Part shown: in pieces, positions 49,466 to 59,540 of the stretch
Layout: each line of letters opens with the position of its first letter
Numbering within the stretch: the stretch's first letter is position 1
Assembly (NCBI GenBank): GCA_965223905.1
Contig: CBDCXV010000005.1
Span: 27,070-91,069 of the forward strand
DNA: 64,000 nucleotides
DNA from: Candidatus Latescibacterota bacterium
Lineage (GTDB): Bacteria; Latescibacterota; UBA2968; UBA8231
Direction: 5' to 3'
Notes under the pieces: model-generated
Told to the model about the DNA's origin: nothing
The model's database searches: none
The model's input: the letters and a program-made list of their open reading frames with translations, nothing else
Translations under genes and position numbers: made by a program

Positions 49466-52400
49466 GTGGCCCGGCGCGACCAGGACTTCCAGACGATCCG
49501 CTCCGAAGGCGGCCTTCTGCCGCTGGATCTGCTCCGGCGGGTTCTCGACCCGCAATCGGAACTTCCCGGCACCTCGCCGGACGACTACGGCCTGCCTGCT
49601 GGCGAGCGCTTTAACGAGGTCATCACTCAATCATGGAACCGCCTGCGCAAGCACTGGGTGGAGTTCCGCGATGACGCGGAAAATCTGGGCGTCGGTGTGG
49701 CAGGTACCGGACTCACCAACGACAAGTGGAGCCTGCCGCTGCTGCGTGAACTGGGGTTCGGCCTGCTGCCGGTGACCGCCGGCCCCGAGCTTGGCGGCCG
49801 CACCTATCCTATCGGCCGTTTCTTCGGCCCGGCGCCGATTCACCTCGTCGGCTGCGGCCTTTCGCTCGATCGCCGCGCCGCAGGACAGCGGGGCGCCGCC
49901 TCCGCCAATCCTCATGGCCTGGTTCAGGAGTACCTCAACCGCAGCGACGCACACCTCTGGGCGATCGTGTCGAACGGCCTGCGCCTGCGGGTCTTGCGGG
50001 ACAACCAGGCGCTGTCGCGCCAGTCATTCCTCGAGTTCGACCTCGAAGCGATGTTCTCCGGGGAGGTCTACTCCGACTTTGTGCTGCTGTGGCTCATGGC
50101 CCATGCAACGCGCTTCATGCGCACGCGACGGAGACCGTCCCGAGACCTGCTGGTTGGAGCAATGGACGCAGGAGGCCCAACGGCTCGGTACCCGGGCGCT
50201 CGGGGATTTGCGGGGCGGCGTCGAGCGGGCGCTCGGGATCCTCGGGGCGGGCTTCACCAGCCATCCAGGAAACGAGGCCCTGCGAGAGGAGCTGCGTTCC
50301 GGGTCGCTCGCTCCATCGGTCCTGCACGAGCAACTCCTGCGCGTAGTGTACCGGCTGATCTTCCTGTTCGTCGCCGAGGACCGCACCCTCGACGGGCGTT
50401 CCTTGCTCCATCCGCCAAGCGATTCCGAATTAGCCCGCACCGCCCAACAGCGCTACGCCAACCACTACGGAACCACCCGGCTCCGCCGCCTCGCAGGGAA
50501 AATCAAGGGGTCCCGCCACGGAGACCTCTGGCACCAGTTCCGCTTCCTCGTCGGGCCGCTTTCCGGAGATCCCGAATTCGCCGGGGCCCGTCGCCACTTG
50601 GCGTTGCCCGCTCTGGGAAGCTTTCTCTGGGACCCGGATTCGACTGCCGACCTGAACGACGTTGAGCTTGCCAACTTCGACTTCCTCGAAACCATTCGGA
50701 ATCTAGCCTATTTCCGTCCCGACCAAGTGCGGCGGCCGGTGGACTACCACAACCTCGGCGCCGAGGAATTGGGGGGAGTGTACGAGAGCCTGCTGAGTCT
50801 CACCCCTCAGGTGAGCGCTGGCGGTTCGCACTTCACCTTTGCCGAATTCACCGGCAACCAGCGTAAGACAACCGGCTCCTACTACACTCCGGACGCCTTG
50901 GTGCAGTGCCTGCTCGAGTCCGCCCTCGACCCGGTGGTCGAAGAGGCGATCCGAGGCAAGACCGGCCCCGTAGCGGAGCAGGCGATTCTCGACATTAAGG
51001 TCTGCGACCCTGCGGTAGGGTCCGGTCACTTTCTGGTCGGTGCCGCCCGCCGCCTCGCCCGCCACCTTGCCCGCACCCGCGCCCACTCGGAAGGGGAGAG
51101 CGAGCCTTCCCCGCTGCTCTACCAGCGAGCCCTACGAGACGTGATCGGCCGCTGTCTGTACGGCGTGGACCTGAACCCCATGTCCGCGGAGCTCTGCCGG
51201 GTCGGTCTCTGGCTCGAGGCGCTGGAACCCGGAAAGCCGCTGACCTTTCTCGACCACCATATCCGCGTCGGCAACAGCCTCCTCGGGGCCACGCGGGAGC
51301 TCGTCGATTCCGGTCTTCCCGACGCAGCCTTCAAGCCCATCCAGGGGGACGAGAGGGAACTCTGCTCGGCGCTCAGGAGGCGAAACAAGAAGGAGCGCGA
51401 GTCCCGGCAGCGCGAAATGGTCTTGAGGGTTGCGGAGCCGCGAGTGGAGTACGATTCGCTGGCAGCGCGCAGCCGGAGTCTCGACGGGGCACCGGATGAA
51501 ACCCTGGACGAGCTACACAGGAAAGAAGAGCAGTTCCGGGGTTTGGTGGTGTCTTCCGAGTACCGCGACCAGCGGCAGGTAGCGGACGCCTGGTGCGCCG
51601 CCTTCGTCTGGCCGAAGCGCCTTGACGGACACGCTGAACCGATCACTACGGAAGCCCTGAGACGGATGGAGGAGAATCCGCAGAGGACTTCATCGCCGCA
51701 GAGAGCGGAGCTGGAGCGTCTGGCAAGTCGGTTCCAGTTTTTCCACTGGCACCTGGAATTCCCGGAAGTGTTCGAGAGGGGTGGCTTCGACTGCGTGCTC
51801 GGCAATCCCCCTTGGGAGCATACCGAGCTTAAAGAGAAGGAATGGTTCGCCGACCGGCATGAGGGAATTGTCAATGCACGCACTGGTGCCGAACGCAAGG
51901 GGCTGATTTTAGCGCTAAAGGACAACAACCAACCGCTCTATGAAGCCTACGAGGAAGCGCTCCGAGCTCATGATGGACTAAGCCATCTACTCCGAGATAC
52001 CGGCCGTTTTCCCCAATGCGGACGAGGGCGGATAAACCTGTACGCCGTCTTTGCGGAGGCGATGTCGGACCTCGTTAGCGAGAGTGGCCGCGCTGGCTAC
52101 ATACTGCCCACCGGCATCGCAACGGACCACACAACCAAGTTCTTTTTCCAGAAAGTGGTCAAGACGAACTCGCTCTTTAGTCTCTATGGCTTTGAGAACA
52201 AGGGTATCTTCTTTCCCGATGTCCACGGAGACAACCCCTTCTGCTTGTTCACCGCCAGTTCGGGGATACGCCCAAACGCTAACAGTGCCGATTTCGTCTT
52301 CTTCGCTAATGGCGTCGACGAATTGCGCGACTCTAAGCGGCGGTTCAAACTCTCGCACGAAGAGATCGCGATTCTGAATCCCAACACCCGCACCTGCCCC

Positions 52401-54539
52401 ATTTTCCGTTCCCGGGTGGACGCAGAGCTGGCCAAAGCGATCTACCGGCGAGTGTCCGTCTTCGTCCGCGAAGCACGAGACGACCAACCTGTGCAGAACC
52501 CGTGGAACATTCGATTCAAGCAAGGTCTATTCAACATGACCAGCGACTCAAACCTCTTCAGGACTCGGGGGGAACTTGAGGCAGGGGGCTGCCGCTTGGA
52601 AGGAAATGTGTTTCGGAGGAACGTGGAGGAGTATTTGCCGCTGTATGAATCGAAGATGATACACCATTTCGATCATCGCTGGGCAAGCTACACCGAAGCA
52701 GGGGGAAAGGACGTTACGACTCATGTGTCGCTGGCTGACAAACAGGAATCTTCTTTTACAGCGTTGCCGCGGTACTGGGTGGAGGCACGGGAGGTGTACC
52801 TGCGCACGGCGGACTTGCCGGATGGACTGTTGACTGCCCTGCGCAACAGGGATTCTGCCCTGATACTACTCGGCCTTTCCCATTTACTGTTCGCCCAATG
52901 GCTGCACAAGAAATCCGGCAACTCGGTCGACGCAATCATGAAGGTGCTGTTGCCATCCTGGATTGAATTCGTCGAGTATCACCCCTTCGCCCGTGATTTC
53001 GCCCCGGTCCAAATGGGCTTGTGCGAAGACGGACCAGCTGAGAAAAAGCCGCCCGGGCCGAGCTGGTTGCCATCCGCGCCACTGGACGAAATCAAAGTGG
53101 ACGGACCCCGCTGCACCGTTTGGCATCCCGTAAAACAAGCTACCTTATCGGGCTATCTGAATTTCGCCGCTGACTATGCGCATGTTGTCGACTCAATGGT
53201 ACACCGGCATTTGGACAATGAAACGAAAGCTCTGGATTACGCAGAGAAACTGCTGGTGTGGGCCTCTCCAACCTGGCTGATGGGCTTTAGGGACACTACC
53301 AACATCACAAATGAGCGGACTGTAGTGAGCGGAGTGTTCCCTTTTTCAGCCGTAGGAAACAATCTTCCGGTGTTGTCCGCATCCGCCAGCTTCACCGCTT
53401 TGTTACCCGCATTGCTATCGAGCCTCCCCTGCGACTTCGTCGGTCGACTTAAAATGGGTGGCAAGCACCTCAATTTCTTCATCGCAAAGCAGATTCCGGT
53501 TCTTGCCCCGGGGGTGTTCTGCCTACCGGCGCCTTGGGGCCATGCCGGAGAATCAACAAGGAACTGGCTGCTGCCGCGCGTCCTGGAGCTAGCCTACACG
53601 ACCTGGGGCCTTGAGCCCTTCGCGAGCGACTGCGGATATGAAGGTCCCCCGTTTCAATGGGACGAAAAGCGCCGCTTCCTGCTTCGCTGTGAGCTCGATG
53701 CCGCCTTCTTTCACCTGTACTTGCCGGCAGACGGGAACGGAGATTGGCGACCGGCGCGCAAAATTGACGATTGCCCCTACGACGAAACGCCTAAACAGCT
53801 TGCCGAGCTCACCGCCCACTTTCCAACGCCCCGGGACGCCGTTTCCTATATCATGGATACCTTCCCTATCGTTCGCCGCAAGGATGAAAAGAGGTACGAC
53901 GAGTACCGGACCAAGCGGGTCGTTCTCGACATCTACGATGCGATGCAGGAGGCCGCTTTCACCGGTTTACCGTACCAAACGCTTCTCGATCCGCCGCCGG
54001 CCGACCCACGCTGTTGTCATCCACCCAGTACGATCTCCATTGATCTTGCAGCACTCGCCGATGGTGAATGGGCCAGACCTCAAGAGGACATGGTGGACGC
54101 TGAGACCGCTGTTCTGGCCGCGGTACTGAAGGAGATTGGCGGTCCCGAGCCGCGCCGTGCCATACGCCTGGCAGCCCTTCTGGCGATCGAGCCCAGCCTG
54201 CATGTGCCTTCCTTGACCCCTGAAGATGCAAGCCACTGGCAGCGCCTCATCGGTTCCGAAGCAACACCGCGGGGGCCGGGGCTGCCACAGTGGCAGCCAC
54301 CAGCCGCCCCTGCGTGGGGTAGCGCCGTAAGGCACCTGCAGGGAACCGGCCGTCTGGTCGAGGATCCGGCTTCTGGGGCCTGGGCTCCAGGACCGGGTCT
54401 GGAGGCCATCCACACAGGGGGGTGGCCCGAGGGCCGTGTCCGTATGGTGATGCAAACCTTGCGGGAACGCGACGCCGAGGAGATTGCCCGAACGCTTCCC
54501 GCTCTCATCCGGGAATGGATCGATGCCGAGGCAGCTTGA
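49466..54539 (+). pseudogene. Large Eco57I/Type IIG-like (DrmMI-like) N6-adenine DNA methyltransferase, split by a +1 frameshift near 50115-50122
   Basis: N-terminal part in the frame of 49466 (IRSEGGLLP...WAIVSNG.RLR.LRD...HATRF); remainder in the frame of 49791 (CWLEQW, LGGVYESLL, RKTTGSYYTP, DPAVGSGHF, GVDLNP, GNPPW, target-recognition region). Could be a sequencing error rather than true inactivation. Confidence 0.85.
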
Positions 54540-56487
54540 ACTGCTGGGGCGCTCGGGCCTGAAAGTTCAACCCCAGGCGAACCGTTCGGAGCCCAGGCTG
54601 TGGATTCGCCGTCTCGTGATCTGGAGCGAGCCGGGCGTCATACTGCGCGAAATCCGCCTTCGTCCGGGCCTCAACATCATCTGGGCGCCCGACCCCGCCG
54701 ACCGCATTGATGTCTCTGAACAGAACGCTATCCTGGGGCACGGCAGCGGCAAGACCCTGTTTTGTCGCCTGCTCCGTTATTGCCTCGGGGAGGATCGTTT
54801 CGCGCCGAACGAACAGCGGGACAAAATCTCCCAGGCATTTCCCAAAGGAGAGGTCGGCGCTGAGATAATTGTCGACGGAACGCAGTGGGCGGTAGTCCGC
54901 TCAACCGGGATGGATCGTCAGCAATGTGCGGTTCGAGACGCGGACCTTGACGCGGTTGCTATCGACGTTGAGCGGTCAGGTATCGAGCCGTTTCTCGAAG
55001 CCGTAACCACGAGCATCCTGTCCGAGGACGTAGCGGCCCTTGTTTCCAGTGATGATTCTCTGCATGCATGGCCGATAGCGCTTGCCTGGCTGGCCCGGGA
55101 TCAGGAGTGCCGCTTCGACAAGCCGCTCGATTGGAGATCGCCGGACTCGGATTCCGGCTCTCCTGCTCGCAACCTCTCCTCCCCACAACGTCTGGGCGCA
55201 TTGCGGGCTTTGATCGGCGCTATTGTTCCTGAAGAATACCGGCTTCGAACCGAGATCGAAACGCTGGAATCGCAGCGGAACCAGACCGACCAGGAGGCCA
55301 CCCAGAGGAGGAGGGAAGCGGACCGACTGCGGGGGCGATTGACCTCGGAACTCGGACCAAGGCAGGATGACCTTCCTCCAGGAAGAATGGCGGTCGAGCC
55401 GTTGCGAAGGGCCGCCCTGGACTTGGCCAGGTCCGCGGTGGTCGATCCGGGGGATCTTTCCGATATCGAGGGTCTGCGATCTGAAGTCGAACGCACGCAG
55501 GGCCACCGTGTAGGTCTGGACCAGAAGATGGCGGTGGTTAATGCACAAATCCCGGAGATTGAAGTTCTTCTGAGTCGCATCCGTGGAGAGTTGCCCGGGG
55601 TCTCGGTTCGCGTCGACAAAGCTGAGCATATCGTGTGTCCCATTTGCGAAGTGCCGGTTGATCGAGCGCTCGCGGAGGGCTGCAATCTGTCTCATAAGCT
55701 CCCCGATTTCGACGAGGCAAAGCGAAGGATTGCTGAACTCAAGCAGGATCAGGCTCGGGAATCGTACCGGCTCCAAGAGAGTCGGTCAGAGCGAAGCCGG
55801 ATTGTTCAGGAGCTGGAGCCGGCGCGCAAGGATGAAGCCTCTGCAACTGAAAGACTGCGGGCTGCCGAACGTGGGCGCGATGCCAGATCAGATGCCTGGT
55901 TCAAAGCCCGTCTTCTGATTGACGAAGTGAATCGGCTGAACCAATTGCACGACGAACAGGAACAGATGCAGTCCCGTGTCAATGCCTTGGACGACGAGAT
56001 TCAGGAGAAACGCGAGCAGGCCAGCGCATTTCGTGATGCGCATACGGATGTATTCAACCGCCTGTCGGGATTCTTCGATGCGACCCTCCGGGAGCTGATC
56101 GGCACGGATGCCGTCGGGACAGTAAGCTTGGACGGCAAGGGTCTCAGGCTGTCGGTCGAATTGGGCGGCGAACGGTCGACCGCCGCCCTCGACTCCCTCA
56201 AGGTTATCGCCTTCGACTTGGCGGCAATGTGCATGAGCATTGAAGGGCGTGCACATCAGCCAGCATTTCTCATTCATGACAGCCCACGTGAGGCCGACCT
56301 CGGCCTCAGCATCTTCCACCGACTTTTCCATCTTGTGCACAGTATGGAAGGCATTGGCGATCGGCCGCAGTTCCAATACATCCTCACAACCACGACAAGC
56401 CCCCCGGACGAGTTACGGCATGAGCCCTGGCTAGCGGAGACCCTGGGCGGTGCCGCGGAAGAACGGCTTTTGAAATGCGACTTGTGA
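54523..56487 (+). CDS. Rad50/SMC-like coiled-coil ABC ATPase with zinc hook (ABC-three-component / Lamassu LmuB-like)
   Basis: GLNII...GHGSGKT Walker A, long coiled coils centred on CPIC, degenerate signature (GGERSTAA), FLIHDSPRE Walker B, QYILTT; start overlaps the methyltransferase stop by 17 nt. Confidence 0.82.
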   Translation: MPRQLELLGRSGLKVQPQANRSEPRLWIRRLVIWSEPGVILREIRLRPGLNIIWAPDPADRIDVSEQNAILGHGSGKTLFCRLLRYCLGEDRFAPNEQRDKISQAFPKGEVGAEIIVDGTQWAVVRSTGMDRQQCAVRDADLDAVAIDVERSGIEPFLEAVTTSILSEDVAALVSSDDSLHAWPIALAWLARDQECRFDKPLDWRSPDSDSGSPARNLSSPQRLGALRALIGAIVPEEYRLRTEIETLESQRNQTDQEATQRRREADRLRGRLTSELGPRQDDLPPGRMAVEPLRRAALDLARSAVVDPGDLSDIEGLRSEVERTQGHRVGLDQKMAVVNAQIPEIEVLLSRIRGELPGVSVRVDKAEHIVCPICEVPVDRALAEGCNLSHKLPDFDEAKRRIAELKQDQARESYRLQESRSERSRIVQELEPARKDEASATERLRAAERGRDARSDAWFKARLLIDEVNRLNQLHDEQEQMQSRVNALDDEIQEKREQASAFRDAHTDVFNRLSGFFDATLRELIGTDAVGTVSLDGKGLRLSVELGGERSTAALDSLKVIAFDLAAMCMSIEGRAHQPAFLIHDSPREADLGLSIFHRLFHLVHSMEGIGDRPQFQYILTTTTSPPDELRHEPWLAETLGGAAEERLLKCDL

Positions 56488-56521
56488 TGGTATCCCTGCC
56501 GGCACCACCACTGGAGAATAC

Positions 56522-57562
56522 ATGATGGGCCTACGTATTCCCTACGAGTCCGAAGATTTCCCTCCGAACACCTTCCCCCCGAACACCGTTCAAAATGGAA
56601 AGGCAGAGTTGTCCGTTACATGGGACGACATTCTCTGGGCGGCAGTGACAGTCGGCCGCCCAGGTTGGTTTTACGTGTTTCAACATGGCATCTCTTCAGG
56701 CTACGAGGCGCTATTTCGCTGGTCCCTAATCAGGATGGCGCTGGAGAAGCGTAGTCCGCGAACACGTCGCTTAACCAGAACAGACGCTGCTAAGGCCTTG
56801 GACCCTACAGAAAAGGGTATGGTGAGTTATTTCTTGGGGATGACGTTCTGTAAGGTGTTCTCCACGACACTCCTGAATACGCCCTGGGTCTTCCATTTGG
56901 ATTTGCTTCGGTTGGAGCTGGGTAGGGTACTGAATGGGCGGTCTCGCCCGGATCTTATAGGTCTAGAGAATGGACTAAAGCGATGGCATGGTTTCGAATG
57001 CAAAGGGCGCAGCAGCCAACCAGATTCCAAAGTGAAGAACAAAGCAAAGACTCAAGCGGGCCGATTAGGAACCGTAGATTTCGAGGGCATCTCACGCGCT
57101 CTCCTTGTTGCCGCTATCACCTACTTTCGAAACGATGTACTGCAGTTTTATTGGTGCGACCCACCTCCCGAGGGTCATGAGGAAATTGTGCTTGACCTGC
57201 CAGATGAAGCATGGAGGCATTATTACGGCCCAGTTGCCGAAATCATCAGCCCTCTAGATTCGGAGGAAATGACAGAAGCGAGGGCATTGATTCATGCTGA
57301 AGATACCGAGGAAGAGGAGGACATCTACGGCAACTTGCTGGTGCCAATTGGACAATGCGATCTTAAGATCGGTGTTCACCGCGCAATTGAGAGTCACCTT
57401 TTTGCCCAGGAATGGGGACAAGCGCGGAACGCCGCAATTCATGCGGCAGTTGAGATCAGTGAAGAAGGTTTTCAAGCCGACGGTCTTCGGGTTCGTGCCG
57501 GTGAATCGTGGCATGAAAAATACCAGGAGCCCTTCCAATTTGAGGATCATGGAGAAACTTGA
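56522..57562 (+). CDS. Putative PD-(D/E)xK restriction-like endonuclease
   Basis: E-KG...RSRPDLIG...WHGFECKGRS...AK.Q spacing typical of the restriction endonuclease fold; GGAG RBS; AT-richer. Confidence 0.65.
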   Translation: MMGLRIPYESEDFPPNTFPPNTVQNGKAELSVTWDDILWAAVTVGRPGWFYVFQHGISSGYEALFRWSLIRMALEKRSPRTRRLTRTDAAKALDPTEKGMVSYFLGMTFCKVFSTTLLNTPWVFHLDLLRLELGRVLNGRSRPDLIGLENGLKRWHGFECKGRSSQPDSKVKNKAKTQAGRLGTVDFEGISRALLVAAITYFRNDVLQFYWCDPPPEGHEEIVLDLPDEAWRHYYGPVAEIISPLDSEEMTEARALIHAEDTEEEEDIYGNLLVPIGQCDLKIGVHRAIESHLFAQEWGQARNAAIHAAVEISEEGFQADGLRVRAGESWHEKYQEPFQFEDHGET

Positions 57563-57664
57563 TCTCGGTTGAGAATAGTGAGAAAGTCGAGCGGTCTTAC
57601 CACCACAGGTTTTGCGCCATCCTCACGCCAAGTGTTAGGACCATAGACACCCAAAACCGTGGGT

Positions 57665-58711
57665 ATGCATATGGAACCGGAGGAAAGTTTGGATCGACTA
57701 GTCGGGAATGCTTTGGACTTTCTGAATCAATCGATTAAGGATTTTGAGTGTAATCCCAAATACTCTGTTATCAATTTCTATTCCGCAGTGGAACTGTTTT
57801 TGAAAGCGCGACTGATGGCAGATCACTGGTCATTGATCGTAGCACAAATTAAAGAGGCAGATTGGAAAAAATTTGCGGCTGGAGATTTTCGTTCGGTCTC
57901 GCTTGATGATGCCGCAGATAGGCTAAATAAGATATCTCGAAGCGGATTGATCAAGCAAGAAATTGAATTATTTAAGGAGATTAGGACGCATAGGAACAAA
58001 ATGGTTCATTTTTTCCATGGCTACGGAGGAAAAGATCTTGCAGAAATTGCAAGAGAACAACTTCGAGCTTGGTATTTTCTTCATGGCCTTTTGATTAATC
58101 GTTGGAAGGAACATTTTGATAAATGGTTACCGCAGATAAAGGAAATTGACAGCAAATTAAGGGGAATCCATACCTTTCTCCAAATAGTCTTTGATCAGAA
58201 GAAAAATGAGATACTCAACCGGGAACAACAAGGATCAGTTTTTCGTGTATGTCCTTCCTGTATCTTTAGATCCCAAGAGCATCGGCCAACAATGGACGAA
58301 CTATATGAAGCGGAGTGTTTAGTATGTGGTCTAATCGAAAACTACTTGCGAATAGAATGTGATAAATGTGATACCGTTGTATATTTTTCAAATGAAGGGT
58401 TTTCCGCATGTGAAAAATGCGAGAAGCAGTTTGAACCGGAAAATATAATCCAGCGTTTGTGGGACTCCGATCGGGCTTATAAGCAAGTCCAACATGAGGG
58501 TTCTTACTGGGATTTGGGTAACTGCGGTGATTGTGATGGTCACACCGTTGTTCTTCTCGAAACGGAAAGTTATTTTTGCGTTAGTTGTTTTACCCAATTT
58601 GACAACTTGACCCTTTGCGAGTGGTGTCAGGAGCCACACACGGGGGATATTAAGGATAGCTACTATATGGGATGTGGTCATTGCGACGGCTGTTGGGCGG
58701 TGGAGAAATGA
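57665..58711 (+). CDS. HEPN-like domain protein with multiple C-terminal Zn ribbons (start 57659/57665/57671)
   Basis: SAVELFLKARL (HEPN E..LK helix) and RNKMVH (RxxxxH); eight CxxC pairs in the C-terminal half; strongly AT-rich. Confidence 0.7.
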   Translation: MHMEPEESLDRLVGNALDFLNQSIKDFECNPKYSVINFYSAVELFLKARLMADHWSLIVAQIKEADWKKFAAGDFRSVSLDDAADRLNKISRSGLIKQEIELFKEIRTHRNKMVHFFHGYGGKDLAEIAREQLRAWYFLHGLLINRWKEHFDKWLPQIKEIDSKLRGIHTFLQIVFDQKKNEILNREQQGSVFRVCPSCIFRSQEHRPTMDELYEAECLVCGLIENYLRIECDKCDTVVYFSNEGFSACEKCEKQFEPENIIQRLWDSDRAYKQVQHEGSYWDLGNCGDCDGHTVVLLETESYFCVSCFTQFDNLTLCEWCQEPHTGDIKDSYYMGCGHCDGCWAVEK

Positions 58712-58732
58712 AATGATCTATACTTCCTAATC

Positions 58733-59047
58733 TCATTCACAATTGTCTAGGTCTGCGGACTTCACCTCGACCACGCCTCGCTCCGGCACCTGCCCGGCCC
58801 GCGGCTGCCCCCTCTGCACCTGCTTCGTCGCATAGAGCCCGAAGTCGGGATGGCCCGCCCCCTGATCAGCGAGCTCGCCGACGCAGAAAACCTTGGGCTT
58901 CAGCGCGCCGGCGACGGCGTTGAGCAGGTTGGCCAGCGGTCCGTAGCTGGAGCGCTCGCCGGTGGCGCTGCCGGAGGCGCGGATGCGTTGCAGGTCGGCG
59001 AGGTAGTGCTCAACCGCCGAGGTCAGGCGGGCCGTCGTGGTGGCCAT
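58733..59047 (-). pseudogene. Truncated 5' fragment of a Type ISP / Type IIG-like restriction-modification gene
   Basis: YLADL..IRASG.ATGERSSY..L.NLL...GAGHPDFG...GVVEVK endonuclease N-terminus; ends abruptly at the AT-rich junction with the convergent HEPN gene. Confidence 0.75.
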
Positions 59048-59107
59048 GATGGAGGATCTCTCAGAATGGCCGCGATTCCGCTGTTGTTGCCAGCGGCCGA
59101 GGCCGCG

Positions 59108-59302
59108 TCAACCCGTCGTCTGAACTTGGGACTCGGGAACTGTGCGGCGGGAAGGATAGCGGACGTACTTGCGGCCGGAAGCCTCTTGTCTGGCTCGGAT
59201 GTCTCTGAAGATCGCCCTGACGTCGTAGTCAAACCGGGCCGCGTGTTGCTCTCGTACTGCCCGGACTTCGGCGATGACGGGGTCAGACTGCGGCGGTTTC
59301 AT
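59108..59302 (-). CDS. Small protein of the family found downstream of PIN toxins (putative antitoxin)
   Basis: DPVIAEVRAVREQHAARFDYDV.AI..D; overlaps the 3' end of the PIN remnant. Confidence 0.65.
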   Translation of the reverse strand: MKPPQSDPVIAEVRAVREQHAARFDYDVRAIFRDIRARQEASGRKYVRYPSRRTVPESQVQTTG

Positions 59303-59523
59303 GGTCGGGTTCCATCAGTTCGTTGGGCGTGCAGATGATCGGAGGCTCGTAACCGGACTGACGACACACCCGTTCGATCCGAGAGCGCATGGCGGCATTT
59401 GCGATGTGCCGGAAGTTCCACGTTACAAGGTAGTGGGCGCCGTTCGTAACCGCGATGGCAATGTGAGCGGCATCTTCCGCCGCCGTGCGGGGCACCGCCC
59501 CCAGATCTCATGCTCGCCGTCAT
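59283..59523 (-). pseudogene. PIN/VapC-type toxin gene with most of its 5' half deleted
   Basis: C-terminal EDAAHIAIA...YLVTWNFRHIANA...ICTPNELM retained; a probable original start (MTAS, ATG at 59523) is out of frame and the central coding part is missing. Confidence 0.7.
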
Positions 59524-59540
59524 CTCGCCTTCGGGCCGGA

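Noticed and set aside
41374-54539. BREX or canonical DISARM class I call
   Set aside because: No PglZ/BrxC genes; no separate DrmB and no DrmC phospholipase D gene
54523-56487. Housekeeping SMC/RecN/SbcC or Wadjet JetC assignment
   Set aside because: Too short, has a zinc hook rather than a hinge, and lacks SbcD, ScpAB or JetABD neighbours; context and motifs fit the ABC-3C/Lamassu-like class better
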